Assembly (NCBI RefSeq): GCF_009914755.1
Contig: NC_060929.1
DNA length: 64,000 nucleotides
Origin: the human T2T-CHM13v2.0 reference genome, Homo sapiens
Direction: 5' to 3' (one strand)
Shown one piece after another: positions 16,647 to 29,355 of this stretch (positions are counted from its first letter, which is position 1; the number at the start of each line of letters is the position of its first letter). Made by a program: the position numbers and the translations under genes. Under the pieces are notes generated by a model. The model made no database searches, was not told where the DNA came from, and was given only the letters and a program-made list of their open reading frames with translations.

Positions 16647-18839
16647 TCTTATTTTTTATACTTTAAGTTCTAGGGTACATGTGCACAACGTGCAGGTTTG
16701 TTACATATGTATACATGTGCCATGTTGGTATGCTGCACCCATTAACTTGTCATTTACATTAGGTATATCTCCTAATGCTATCCCTCACCCTTTCCCCCAC
16801 CCCACAACAGGCCCCAGTGTGTGATGTTCCCCACCCTTTGTCCAAGTGTTCTCATTGTTCAATTCCCACCTATGAGTGAGAACATGTGGTGTTTGGTTTT
16901 CTGTCCTTGCGATAGTTTGCTCAGAATGATGGTTTCCAGCTTCATCCATGTCCCTGCAAAGGATATGAACTCATCCTTTTTTATGGCTGAATAGTATTCC
17001 ATGGTGTATATGTGGCATATTTTCTTAATCCAGTCTATCACTGATGGACATTTGGGTTGGTTCCAAGTCTTTGCTATTGTGAATAGTGCCTCGATAAACA
17101 TACGTGTGCATGTGTCTTTAGAGTAGAATGATTTATAATCCTTTGGGTATATACCCAGCAATGGGATGGCTGGGTCAAATGGTATTTCTAGTTCTAGACC
17201 CTTGAGGAATCACCACACTGTCTTCCACAATGGTTGAATTAGTTTACAGTCCCACCAACAGTGTAAAAATGTTCCTGTTTCTCCCCATCCTCTCCAGCAC
17301 CTGTTGTTTCCTGACTTTTTAATGATGGCCATTCTAACTGGTGTGAGATGGTATCTCATTGTGGTTTTGATTTGCATTTCTCTGATGGCCAGTGATGATG
17401 AGCATTTTTTCATGTGTCTGTTGGCTGCATAAATGTCTTCTTTTGAGAAGTGTCTGTTCATATCCATTGCTCACTTTTTGATGGGGTTGTTTGATTTTTT
17501 TCTTGTAAATTTGTTTAAGTTCTTTGCAGATTCTGGATTTTAGCCCTTTGTCAGATGGGTAGATTGTAAAAATTTTCTCCCATTCTGTAGGTTGCCTGTT
17601 CACTCTGATGGTAGTTTCTTTAGTTTCTTTTGCTGTGCAGAAACCTTTAGTTTAATGAGCTCCCATTTGTCAGTTTTGGCTTTTGTTGCCATTGCTTTTG
17701 GTGTTTTAGTCATGAAGTCCTTGCCCATGCCTATGTCCTGAATGGTATTACCTAGGTTTTCTTCTAGGGTTTTTTTTTTTCTTGACATTTATTAAATAGA
17801 CTAAATTTATTTTAATGGCAATACGAACAAATTACAAGGCTAATTAGTTTTCTACTTTAGTATTTTTACATTATTTAGTGCATTTATAAGTGATCCAAGA
17901 ATTTTAAGAATTTTACTACATAAAAAACATTTTGTAATAAAATGTGAAAATAAAAGAATGAATAAGACATGATTCTTGCTTCACTCATTTTCTACTCTTC
18001 TTGGGTTTTTATGGTTTTAGGTCTAACATTTAAGTCTTTAATCCATCTTGAATTAGTTTTTGTATAAGGTGTAAGGAAGGGATCCAGTTTCAGCTTTCTA
18101 CATATGGCTGGCCAGTTTCCCCAGCACCATTTATTATAGGGAATCCTTTCCAATTTCTTGTTTTTGTCAGGTTTGTCAAAGACCAGATGGCTGTAGATGT
18201 GTGGTATTATTTCTCAGGGCTCTGTTCTGTTCCATTGGTCTATATCTCTGTTTTGGTACCAGTACCATGGCTGTTTTGGTTACTGTAGCCTTATAGTATA
18301 GGTTGAAGTCAGGTAGCATGATGCCTCCAGCTTTGTTCTGTTGGCTTACGATTTTCTTGGCAATGTGGGCTCTTTTTTGGTTCCATATGAACTTTAAAGT
18401 AGTTTTTTCCAATTCTGTGAAGAAAGTCATTGGTAGCTTGATGGGGATGGCATTGAATCTATAAATTACCTTGGGCAGTATGGCCATTTTCACGATTTTG
18501 ATTCTTCTTATCCATGATCATGGAATGTTCTTCCATTTGTTTGTATCCTCTTTTACTTTGTTGAGCAGTGGTTTGTAGTTCTCCTTGAAGAGATCCTTCA
18601 CATCCTTTGTAAATTGGATTCCTAGGTATTTTATTCTCTTTGAAGCAATTGTGAATGGGAGTTCACTCATGATTTGGCTCTCCGTTTGTCTGTTATTGGT
18701 GTATAGGAATGCTTGTGATTTTTGCACACTGATTTTGTACCCTGAGACTTTGCTGAATTTGCCTATCAGCTTCAGGAAATTTTGGGCTGAGACAATGGGG
18801 TTTTCTAAATATACAATCATGTCATCTGCAAACAGGGAC
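16647..18839 (-). mobile_element. 5'-truncated L1PA (L1PA5-like) with 13-bp TSD
   Basis: Minus-strand ORF2 pieces ([12 protein letters not shown]; [16 protein letters not shown]); TSD aaatacacttctt at 16634-16646 and 18840-18852. Confidence 0.95.
17775..17995 (-). other. Non-L1 polyadenylated insert within the L1 (orphan 3' transduction or short retrocopy)
   Basis: TSD tcttctagggttttt (17760-17774) / tcttcttgggttttt (17996-18010); residual poly(A) and AATAAA on the minus strand. Confidence 0.8.
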
Positions 18840-18899
18840 AAATACACTTCTTATATTGACTAGTTTCTGTTTGTATTGCATTTTAGTTTTTTACCTTCA

Positions 18900-20230
18900 A
18901 TCCCTGTTGATTTTATTCATTCCCTCATTCATTCATTCAACTTGAAGTGAAATATTAACACTTCCAAAAGTGAAACGTACCCAAAATATATACTCAGAGA
19001 AATATCACTCCACTCTCCTATGCCTTTCACTCACTTGCATACTCTCTGTTCCTCCGATCTGATCCCATTAATTCCCTGTAGGCAACCAAGCTCACTCTTT
19101 TCTGAAATTTCTCTCTGTGTTTCTTTTCATAACGTGAAACACATCCTTACTTGCATTCTTATTTCTTCATTTGCTTACACAAAGGTTAACTATAATTAAC
19201 ATTTTTAACTTTTTTAAGTTAAGCATATATTGTGGCAATCTCATCAGTTCATAGAAAGCTTGCTCTTTTTTTATACAGTTGCATAGTTCTCCATTGGTGG
19301 ACGTCTCATAGTTTACTCAGCTAATCACCTGTGGTACAGTATTTTAAGCTGTTCCTAATATTTTACAATTACAAACGATGTTGTATTTAATAAACTTAAG
19401 CATGTATGTTTTTGTATTCTGAGAACTGTGTCTTCAGAGTTAATTTCTAGAAGATGATTGCTAGGTATTTTATATTACTAGATTTTTAAAAAATTGAGTC
19501 CATTATGAACTCCTGAAATAAATCCTATTTTTGTATAATGTATTATTTCACTAATATGGTATTGAATTATTTTTTTAATGTTTTATTTTGTATTTTTATA
19601 ATAATAATATTCACAAATGATATTAGTCTGTAAATTTCTTTTATTGTACTAACCTAATCAGATTTAAGTTTCATTGTTATACTTCCTTATAAAAAAGAAT
19701 TAAGAAATATCCGTTTATTTTCTATGTGCTGAGACAATTCATGTAGCATTGGGACCATCTAGTTTTTGAAGGTTTGGTGGAATTTTCCTGTGAAAATATC
19801 TGACAATAGTGCTTTTGTGTGAAATATTTCCTAAATAATTTTTTCTGTTTCTTCTATAGAAGTTGCTATGTGTTCTAAAAACAATATCCAACCATCTAGG
19901 TTTTCAGATTTTATTTGTAGGGAATGTCAGCAAATTAGTTTAATATGTGTTTAATTTAATCTCTTTAAATGTTTATTTCACCCCTTGTTATGTATTATGT
20001 GAGTATTGGGATTTTCTTTCATTTTCCTCTCAGTGATTTGTTTTGTTAATTTTTCTCAAAAAGCAAAACAGGATTTTGAATACAATAGATCCACTGTTTT
20101 CAATCTGTCTCATTTATTTTCTGTTTGTATACTTATTATTTCTGTGTGGGTGTATATGTGTTGCTTTGTTTTGTGCTCTTTAACTAGCTTTTGGGGCTGG
20201 AAATTCTATAATATTCATTCTTTCATTTTT
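18900..20230 (-). mobile_element. Highly diverged L1M fragments
   Basis: T-rich antisense-L1 phrases (tattcacaaatgatattagtctgta; gaaggtttggtggaattttcctgtgaa); boundaries approximate. Confidence 0.55.
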
Positions 20231-20271
20231 ATTAATACAATGGGATGTTTTCTGAGATATGAGTCATTAGG

Positions 20272-20545
20272 GACCAGGCACAGTGGCTCACACGTTGGGA
20301 AGCTGAAGCAGGTGGATCACTAGAGGTCAAGATTTTGAGACCAGGCTGGGTAACATGGCAAAACCTCCTCTAATAAAAAATACAAAAATTAGCCAGGGGT
20401 GGTAGTGCATGCCTGTAGTCCCATCTACTCAGGGGGCTGAGGTATGAGAATCACTTGAACCTAGGAGGTGAAATTTGCAGTGAGCTGAGATCATACCACT
20501 GCATTCCATCCTGGGTGTCAGAGTGAGACTCTGGGAGAAAAAAAA
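20272..20545 (+). mobile_element. AluJ with a short left-arm deletion
   Basis: ccaggcacagtggctcacac...gagtgagactct; degenerate TSD atgagtcattagg / atgagttgttagg. Confidence 0.9.
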
Positions 20546-20684
20546 GAGAGAGAGAGAGGAAGGAAGGAAGGAAGGAAGGGAGAGAGAGAAAGAAAGAAAA
20601 GAAAGAAGAGAGAAAGAAAGAGACAGAGAGAAAGAAGAGAAAGAGAAAGAAAGAAAGAAAGAAAAGAAAGAAGGAAAGAGAGAG

Positions 20685-20731
<47 letters not shown>

Positions 20732-20972
20732 AAAAAGAAAGGAGGGAGGGAGGAAGGAAGGAAAGAAGAGAGAGAGAAAGAAAAGAAAGAAGAGAAAAAG
20801 AGAGAGAAAGAAAGAAAGAGAGAAGGAGGGAGGAAGGAAGGAGAGAAAGAAGAGAGAGAGGAAAGAAAGAAGAAGAAAGAGAAGAAAGAAAGAAAGAAAG
20901 AAAGGAGAAAGAAAAAGGAAGGAAGGAAGGAAGGAAGGAAGGAAGGAAGGAAGGAAGGAAGGAAGGAAGGAC
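20536..20972. repeat. Compound purine microsatellite (GAAA/GGAA/GA)n, ~440 bp, derived from the Alu tail
   Basis: Seen directly; lies between the Alu body and its right TSD. Confidence 0.95.
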
Positions 20973-21564
20973 GGGAAATGAGTTGTTAGGTGATTCTGTC
21001 ATTGGGCAAACCATATAGAGTTTACTTACAAAAACCTAGATGGTATAGCCTACCACACGCCTAGGCTATATGGTATAGCCTATTGCTCCTAAGGCTACAA
21101 ATCTGAACAGCATGTTTCTGTACTGAATACTGTAGACAATCATAACACAATGATAAGTATTTGTGTTTCTAGACATAGAAAAGGCACAGTAAAAAAATTA
21201 CAGTATTATAATAATATGGGACCACTGCTATATATGCTCTCTGAAGTTCACAAACATATCATTATACAGAGCATGACTGTATAAGCATATAAAAGTTACA
21301 CATTTTCTACTGGCTATTGCTTTAAATGCATATCACAGATTTTGAGATGCAATTTTTTAAACTTCTGATTATGAGATAATTGTAGATTCACATGCACTTG
21401 TAAGAAATAATACGGAGATCCAGTGTATCCTTCATTTAGCTTCCCTCAATGCTAACAACTTGCTCAACTGTATTACAATAGCACAACTAGGAAATTAACA
21501 TTAACGGAATCTATTAACTGTATTCAGATTTTACCAGTTTTGCATACATTTGTGTGTGTGTGTA

Positions 21565-22133
21565 TGTAATGGTTAATTTTATACATCCATTTGACTGGCC
21601 TGAGGGATGCCCAGATAGCTGGTAAAACATTCCTGAGTATGTCTGTGAGGGTGTTTCCTGGAGAGATTAGCATTTGAATCAGTAGATGAGTAAAGTGGAT
21701 CCACCCTCACCAATGTGGGAGGGTGTTATATAAAACTGTTAGGCCCAGATAGAATGAAAGGGTGACGTGAGGGCAAGTTCACTTTCTCCTCTTGAGCTGA
21801 TACATCCATTTTCCCCTGCTCTCACACATTGGAACTCCTTGTTCACAGGCCTTCAGACTCCAGGACTCACACCTGCAGCTCCCTCCCCTGGCTCTCAGGC
21901 CTACAGCTTTGGACTGGAAGCTGTATCATTGGGTATCCTGGTTCTTAGGCCTTCGGGCTCAGACTGAATTACACCACCAGCTTTCCTGGTTCTCCAGCTT
22001 GCAAATGGAATTTAATGGAACTTCTCAGTTCTCACCACCATGTGAGCCAATTCTCATAATAAATCCCCTTCTATAGGGGTGTGTGTGTGTACTTAATTCA
22101 ATTGATTCTGTTTCTCTGATGAACCCTGGGTAA

Positions 22134-22137
<4 letters not shown>
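21565..22137 (+). mobile_element. MLT2 (ERVL) solo LTR
   Basis: tgtaatggttaattttat...gggatgcccagatagctggtaaaacatt...gattagcatttgaatcagtaga...gaaccctgggtaatgca. Confidence 0.88.

Positions 22138-22186
<49 letters not shown>
22138..22186. repeat. (TG)n microsatellite, about 24 units
   Basis: Seen directly. Confidence 0.95.
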
Positions 22187-22190
<4 letters not shown>

Positions 22191-23781
22191 TTTAATTAAT
22201 TCTATGAAATGTTATCACATATATTTGTATGATTGCTATTAAAGTCAAGAAACTGAAAAGAAACTGAACAGTTCCCTTAGCATTTCTTGTGCTACCTGTT
22301 TACAGCCACAACAAACTAGATTTCTCTCTGTCTCCTTGCCCATGGCAACACATAAATCTGTTTAATGAGTGATCCAGTTTCTTTGCATCCTTGTCAGCAT
22401 TTGGTATTATAACTATTTTTTTTTTTAATTTCAGCCTTTCTGATATATGTGCAGGGCTAGCTCACTATGGTTTTAATTTGCATTTCCCTAATGGTGAATA
22501 ATGCTGAACATCTCATGTACTTATTTGCCATCTGTATATCCTCTGCTGTGAAATGTATGTTCATGTCTCTTGTCAATTTTCTATTTGGGTTTCTTACTTT
22601 TATAGTTAGATTTGATAATTTTATTTTATATATTCTAAATACAAGTTATTTTTTACATGTGTGGTTTGCAAATCTTTTCCCACAATCTATAGCTTGTCAT
22701 TTTATCCTCTTCACAGGATAGAGCAAAAGGTTCTGTACAGTAAAACTTTTTTGTTTAGCAAGGTTTATAACTTTGATGAGATCTATTTTTATCACTTTTT
22801 ACTTTTATGGAATATGTTTTTGGTGTCAAGTCAAATAACTTTCACTTAGCACCACATCCCAAAGATTTTCTCTTATGTTTTTAGTAAAATTCTGTGGCGT
22901 TACATTTTACATTTAAGTTCATAAGCCACTTAGGTTAATTTTTGTAAAAGGAGTGAGATTTTAGATTGAGATTTTGTTTTAGTTTTTTTTTTTTTCTACA
23001 GTGCTCAATTGCCGCAGCACCATTTATTAAAACATCTATCTTTCCTCCATTGTTTTTATGTCTTTGTCACTAATTAGTTGGCAAAATATGTCTTTTCCTC
23101 TACCAACTCCACCAATACCACACAATCTTGGTTACTCTAGCTACACAGAAATCCTTAGTATCAAACAAGATCATTCCTTCCACTTTATTCTTTATTTTTC
23201 CAAAATTCTTTTGGCTATTTCAGCTACAGTGCCTTTCTATATGAATTTTAGAATATGTTTATGTCAACAAAAAGTTTACCTGGGGTTTCTTATAGGAATT
23301 GCATTATATCTACAGATCAGTTTGGGGAGAATTAACTTTTTTTTTTTTTCTGTAAGGAGGTTTCAAAACAATGAACATGGAATGCCTCTTTACTTGTTTA
23401 AGCCTTGTTTAATTTTTTTCATCAGCATTTTGGAATTTTTACCAAACATATATTGTAAATTTTTTAGATTTGTATTTAGGAATTTCATTTTCTCTGGAGC
23501 TAATGTAAATGGTTTTGTATTTTTATTTCAGTTTCATTCTTTGTATATGAATAAATTTTTGTCTGTTGAGCTCAAATCCTGCAACCCGAATGACCTCAAT
23601 GTACTTGCTAGATCTAAGAATCTCTTTTTGTAGATTCTTGAAACTATTTACATAAACAATTATAAGTGGGTATAATTTTAGTTTTCCTTTTCACCTATAA
23701 ACATTAAATTCCTTTTCTTACCATATTGCACTGGCTGGGGTGTCTCCATTATTATTTTAGTTGTGCATCTCCTTTCACCAA

Positions 23782-24325
23782 TGTATTAATTATGTCTTTT
23801 TTTATTCCATATTTTTGATATCTTAGGGCCTTGCTGAACCTGGAGGAACTGCCCCTCTCAGGGCTAATTCCTAGACAAGGCATAGAACTCACCTCTGAAC
23901 ACACCTGTCATGTGCAACCAACCAACCTTCATACCCCCAAACCACCTCCTTCATTGGGCTCTCTCACACTTTAGGCAAGTATCCACCTGCCCTTATCACC
24001 TCAGGGCCAGGTACCAAACAACTTGGGGCAGTCCCTATGTCCCAGGGCCCACTAGAATTACTCAAATTAGCCCATCCTAAACCTGCTTACCTTGTCTTGC
24101 CTGTCCCTTTCTACAGAAACCACAATAAACTCTCTTGCCCACATTTTCCCACTCCACCTGCATCCTGACCATTCTGGTGCTTCCCCATGTGGCCTCCCCA
24201 TGGCAAGGCATGGCCCCTCCTCCTGGGATCTGTGTATATAACAAACTGTCTTTCCAATGGCAGTCCTCTCTTGATCTCTTCGCCTTGCCATACCTAAATA
24301 ACAATAAAACTTTTATTTTAAAACA
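23782..24325 (+). mobile_element. MER74-family ERVL solo LTR
   Basis: tgtattaa start, gggccttgctga..ctggaggaactgcccctctcagggcta, AATAAA near the end; 5-bp TSD accaa/acaaa. Confidence 0.75.
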
Positions 24326-24329
24326 ACAA

Positions 24330-26300
24330 AAGAGTTTATCAATAGAAGATTTTTATTACTGTTGGAAATACCCTTTTGATTTTTATATCTTGTAACTAGT
24401 TTCTAGTTTTATTGCATTGTTAGAAAATGTTATTAGTCTATTCTCTTTTGTCAGGGCATAGAGATCAATATCTAACTATAAGATGTATCTAGTTGATTTT
24501 GTTGTTCAGGTCTATATACTTACTTGTCATCTTAAACTAAGAGAGATGTATAAAAGTCTCTAATATTCAGTATGTTTCTACCAATGTCTTCTTACATTGC
24601 CTGTAGTGCTTGCTTCATAAGGGTAGTTATTTGGTGCATTGGTGATCATAATTATTATATTTTTTATTTTGAAATGAAATGTGCCTTTCTTTGTCCTATA
24701 TAATAACTTTTGACTTGAATTCTACTTGTCTGATATCAGAATTTCAATCTACACTTTCTTATTATTTCCATTTGCCTGTAATTCCTTTGTCCTTCTCTTT
24801 GTTTTGAACCTTTCCAAATCCTTTTGTTTAGGTTTGTTCTTATATGCATTAAACAGTTGAATTTTGCTTTGAGTTAAACTGAGAATCTCTTCCTTTCAAT
24901 AAGTAGGTTAAGCCCATACACATTTATTAAGATGATTGATATGCTTAGTCTCTACCCTGCCCAATTATTTAAGTTATAATTACAATATCTGTTCTATTTG
25001 ATTTCTCTATGTAATATGTTCTCTTTATTTGTTTATTTTAAAACTGAAATAGCATTTTATTTTCTGTCCTAATGGCTATCTTTACACTTTTAAATTGCCC
25101 CTTTGTTCTCATTTTCTTATCTAACCTTTTACTGGCTGGTCAGTTTGTGATGCTATACTTTGACTATACCTATTGCCTACACAAAAATTAATCAATTTAT
25201 TCTACTTGCCTTTTTGCCACTCCCTTGTCCCCTTTTTAGCCGTATTATTTCTTCTGTCCAAAGGTATATTACTATATTATATTTTATTACTCATCTCCAC
25301 CCTTGTTTTAGTTTCAGATCATCAATTTAAAATACTAAATACATATCAGCAGGGTTTTTTTGCTGAAATTTCGTCCGTTACCCTTTGATTGGATAAAGCT
25401 CATCTTCTCTTAGAATGCTCAAGAAATAAACCTCAATATCTTGAATGTTTTAAATTTTTTATTTATAGCCTTCACACTTGAAGGATAGCTTACCTAGGTA
25501 AAAAAGCTTTGTTCAGACATTCTTTCCTTGAGTGTCCTGAAAATGGTGTCCTGAAAATCTTACTCATTGTTGTCTTTATTTATATGCTGTTTTGAGAAGG
25601 CTGATAGTCTAATTTTCATGAAATGTATTTATTTGTTTGCTTGTTTATTTAGGCTGAGGCAGGGGGCCTTGGTCATATTTTATTTTTAAAGTTTAATTGT
25701 TTTATAAAAATATGTCTATGGTTTGATTTTTCTGATTCGATCTCCACAGGTAATTGGGTAGCTCTGCTGATTAATGTCATTTTATTTCTGGAAATTGTTC
25801 CTGTCTTATATATATAAATACTAGTTTTGTTTCCATGTTTTGTTTTTCTTCTTCAATAACTTCAAATTATGCTTATGTGGATCTTCTTTGCTTGCATATT
25901 TCAACCACTGTTTCTCTGGCCCAATTTACTTCTTTCTTATCTCAATTTTTATTCTCTTTGTTGTTTTCCTACTTTTGTTTCTCGGCATCTTGTAATTTAG
26001 TCTTATTATTATAAAATTTTCTCTTTATCTTCTATATCTTTCCTAAGATCAATCAAATACCATTTTATTTCTTGATGGTTTGGGTACATTTCTGTCCTTT
26101 CTAAAATTACTAACCTAAGATTATTGGTTTTTTTAATATTAGCAAATGTTTGAGAATATGTAATGTATTTCACAATACTGGTAACATTTCTGCTGTGTGT
26201 GGTGGGAGGGAGAAGCTTTCATTAGCTAAGATAGTTTGATTCTTGTTTTTAGTTTTCTCGGATAGTGTCTTTCTGGAAGTCAAAATTTATTTTGCCATGA
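24330..26300 (-). mobile_element. Very old antisense L1M remnants
   Basis: cttgtctgatatcag..., ttgaaggatagcttacctagg and similar antisense-L1 phrases; boundaries approximate. Confidence 0.5.
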
Positions 26301-26446
26301 ATTTCATGGACAGGACTCTTGACTTAGGGTGATTTAAAGCATTCTTAAAGAAGGCCTACCCCACATTTTGTCATGGTGGGAAAGTGCAATTTCTTTAATT
26401 GATGGCACTTAGAGGACAGGTTTTATGTTTTGTGCTCTGTTATTTT

Positions 26447-26672
26447 ATTTATTTATTTGAGACAGGGTCTTGCTCTATAGCACAGGCTGGAGGGCAGTGG
26501 TACAATTGTAGCTCACTATAGCCTTGACCCCTGGGCTCAAGCAGTCCTACTAACTCAGCCTCCCGAGAAGCTGGGACTACAAGCACCACCACACCTGGCT
26601 AACTTAAAAAAAAAAAAAAAAAAAAAAAAAACTTGTAGAGACAGAGTCTAGCTATGTTGTCCAGGCAGGTTT
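26447..26672 (-). mobile_element. 5'-truncated AluJ with TSD
   Basis: gagacagggtcttgctct...ctgggctcaagc; TSD tgctctgttatttt (26433) / tgctctgtgatttt (26673). Confidence 0.9.
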
Positions 26673-27221
26673 TGCTCTGTGATTTTTGACTTTTCTTTTG
26701 TCTTTCAGTACTTTAAGTCCCTACTTGCTCTGTTTGTCTCTTCACTGCACAATTTTCAAAGTCTGACTCTCTCTTCTTTCTTCCCTTATTCTTCCCAGAA
26801 GAAATAGCTTTCCAAGACTGTATCCTTTTTAGATCCCTTATCTGTAGCCAATATACTGATATACAAGGCTCTTTTTCAGTATTTTGGCACTTAACATGGG
26901 CTTTCTTTTTTCTAGTGGTAATGTTAGCTCAGTCATAAGCCCTCCTTTTGCTTCTCCTATCTTCCACTTGGTTTTTCAAGATGCCTACCCCTTACTCTCT
27001 GCAAAGGTCAGTGGAAGCTCAGCAAACAACTCTACGAAAGTGATGTTTATAGTTCTACTTACAGGTAATTTGAAGCAGTGGTGTTCCCTGTTTTTTACTT
27101 GAGATTTGTGGGTTTCTCTGTTGTTTTTCATATTGAATTGTATTGTTTTGAAGAGTATGTTGGGAGATTTTAATTGAGATGACCACCATTACTTTGGCTA
27201 TTCCAATTCCATCAGTTTACT

Positions 27222-27596
27222 TGATATGGTTTGGATGTGTCCCCACCCAAATCTCATCTTGAATTGTAGTTCCCATAATTCCCAGTTGTCATGGGAGGGA
27301 CCAGGTGGGAGGTGATTGAATCATGGGGGTGGTTACCTTCATGCTGTTTTCATGATACTGGCAATTTCTCACATGATCTGATGGTTTTATAAGGGGCTTT
27401 TCTCCCTTTTGCTTGGCACTTCTCCTGGCTGCTGCCCTGTGAAGAAGGACGTGTTTCCTTCCCCTTCCGCCATGCGTGTAAGTTTCCTCAGGCCTCCCAA
27501 GTCATGCCGAACTGTGAGTCAACTAAACCTCTTTTCTTTATAAATTACCCAGTCTCAGGTATGTCTTTATTAGCAGTGTGAGAACAGACTAATATA
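27222..27596 (+). mobile_element. THE1 (C/D type) solo LTR
   Basis: TGATATGGTTTGG...ccccacccaaatctcatcttgaattg...ACAGACTAATATA; 5-bp TSD ttact/gtact. Confidence 0.9.
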
Positions 27597-28031
27597 GTAC
27601 TTTTTAAAAAGTTGTGTTTCATCTATAGGCTCTTAATTATTGCAGAAGATAATATAAGCTTCTCTAGATTTTATTCAAAAATCTTCACGATATGTCTTAA
27701 ATTTAATTTTGTGCCTTCAGCAGCCAAATCTTACTCCTAGCCCTGTACACCTATCTTCTATTTTAATAACCTGCACCACAGTTTTTTACATTCCTTAATT
27801 TTGCCATGTATTTCTCATCTTTATACTTTTGCTGTGCTCTCTCCTCCCCTAAAACTGCCCTCCATTAACTTATTCACCACTTAAAAGTATTATTTGTTTA
27901 CTGGGTTTCTACCCTTTCCCCTTAGGTTTAATTAAATTTTTACTCTATGATTATATGAAGAGAAATCAAATAAGGAGTCATTTCCCACTCTTGAGACTGG
28001 TACCATGGGGTGGAATAACTAGATGCAACAT

Positions 28032-28167
28032 TTAAGCGAGATAATCTTTTTCTCTATTCCAAAACTAATTTCAAAGGAAGGAACAAATTCAACTAAATCA
28101 ATCATTTGTGATTCATTAAAACTGACTCCCACTTAGCATTTTGGCAACATATGCTAACATTTTCCTT
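28032..28167 (+). repeat. Dispersed direct repeat copy 1 (136 bp)
   Basis: About 9 differences versus 29404-29538 by manual alignment. Confidence 0.95.
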
Positions 28168-29355
28168 GGTAAACATTGTGATTATGAAATTTCAATTCCT
28201 GTGATATTTCGTATTCTCCCAAAGAGAGGTTTTTAAAACATCAGACATTTTAGATAATTAAAGTCGAATTTTTCACAGCATAAATATTTTCTATCCTTGA
28301 TTAACCATTACATGAGACATAATTAGGAGGCTGGATGTCAATATTAAATTTTAAAAAGAGATATGCTTTTTACATAAAAAGGCACTTTGATATTTTCCAA
28401 TTCATAAATGTGGGTGTTGACTTCTACCATCACTTGTCTTCATAAACTAGAGTGTGCTTTGAATTATATCTAAACATCTACAGCAGAATATGGAGGAAAT
28501 GAAACTTTGGGGAAGTCTCATTCACTGACAACCCATGAAGTACCTTATCAAGAATTTCTGAAGAATCTATTACCTTTCAGTTCCTAACATTTCTTATACT
28601 GTGGGGATTGGCCTACTCTAGGTAAACTAAATTTATGAAGCCCTTGTAGTTCCAACTTGATGTTGTAAGTTTGTTGCTGATTTGGGCATATTTTGCTTAC
28701 TGAGGGACTTATTACTGAAATAATTTGGCTAAACTTTGAGGTACAATACAATTAAATATAGAAATATTGAAACCTTATTCCTCATAGGCTATATATTTAG
28801 GCAAATACCACATTATCCACCACATTGCCCCTTAGAAAATTGACATTTGGAGTTCTTCCCTTTATGTGCCCATGACCCTCTAAATGGTATTTTCCCAAAT
28901 GAATAATTTCACTGAAGGAGTGGAGGAAATATTTATAACCAAGGGAATTTTCCTAGTACACCTTATCAGACTACTACACAGATAGCTGGCCTTAATATCA
29001 AGATACAAAACACATCAAATAATTTTGGAAATCAAATTTAATGCTCTTTAGCTGATGAAAAGGTAATGACTTCTTCCCTGGCTTCCTTTCCTACTTACAT
29101 ATTTCTGTCCCTCTACTTTGCCCTCAAGTATGCACAACACAAATTGGATTTTCTTAGTCAGGTTGGAAGATACCCCTGTCCAGAAAACAAACTTAATTTT
29201 TTTCTGTGATGAAAAAAGTCTGTACATTAATGAGAACATTTTGTAGAAGTGATTAATATGAAAAATTAGAGTGAAGCAGTCACAACTCTTACTTTTTCAA
29301 GGTTATCTTTCCTGTTGCTTTTAGCCATAGTCCTACATAAGGATGACTGTCCCTT

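Larger units (their letters stand above)
20238..21281 (+). mobile_element. Tigger3a/MER7A DNA transposon, split by the Alu and GA array
   Basis: 5' piece gggatgttttctgagatatgagtcattagg; main body aacctagatggtatagcctaccacacgcctaggctatatggtatagcctattgctcc; TIR end gcatgactg followed by TA. Confidence 0.88.
21355..23780 (-). mobile_element. L1MC-like element (3'UTR and ORF2 end), interrupted by MLT2
   Basis: gagataattgtagattcacatgca...agaaataatac; ggttttaatttgcatttccctaatg; ggaattgcatt...cagtttggggagaatt. Confidence 0.75.

Noticed and set aside
20451-21014. 187-aa and 152-aa ORFs (SFL-rich and KER-rich)
   Set aside because: Translations of the GA microsatellite, which lacks stop codons
23058-23633. 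191-aa hydrophobic ORF
   Set aside because: Antisense strand of a T-rich old L1; F/L/I bias is compositional
25532-25558. 13-bp tandem gtgtcctgaaaat
   Set aside because: Routine slippage duplication inside an old repeat
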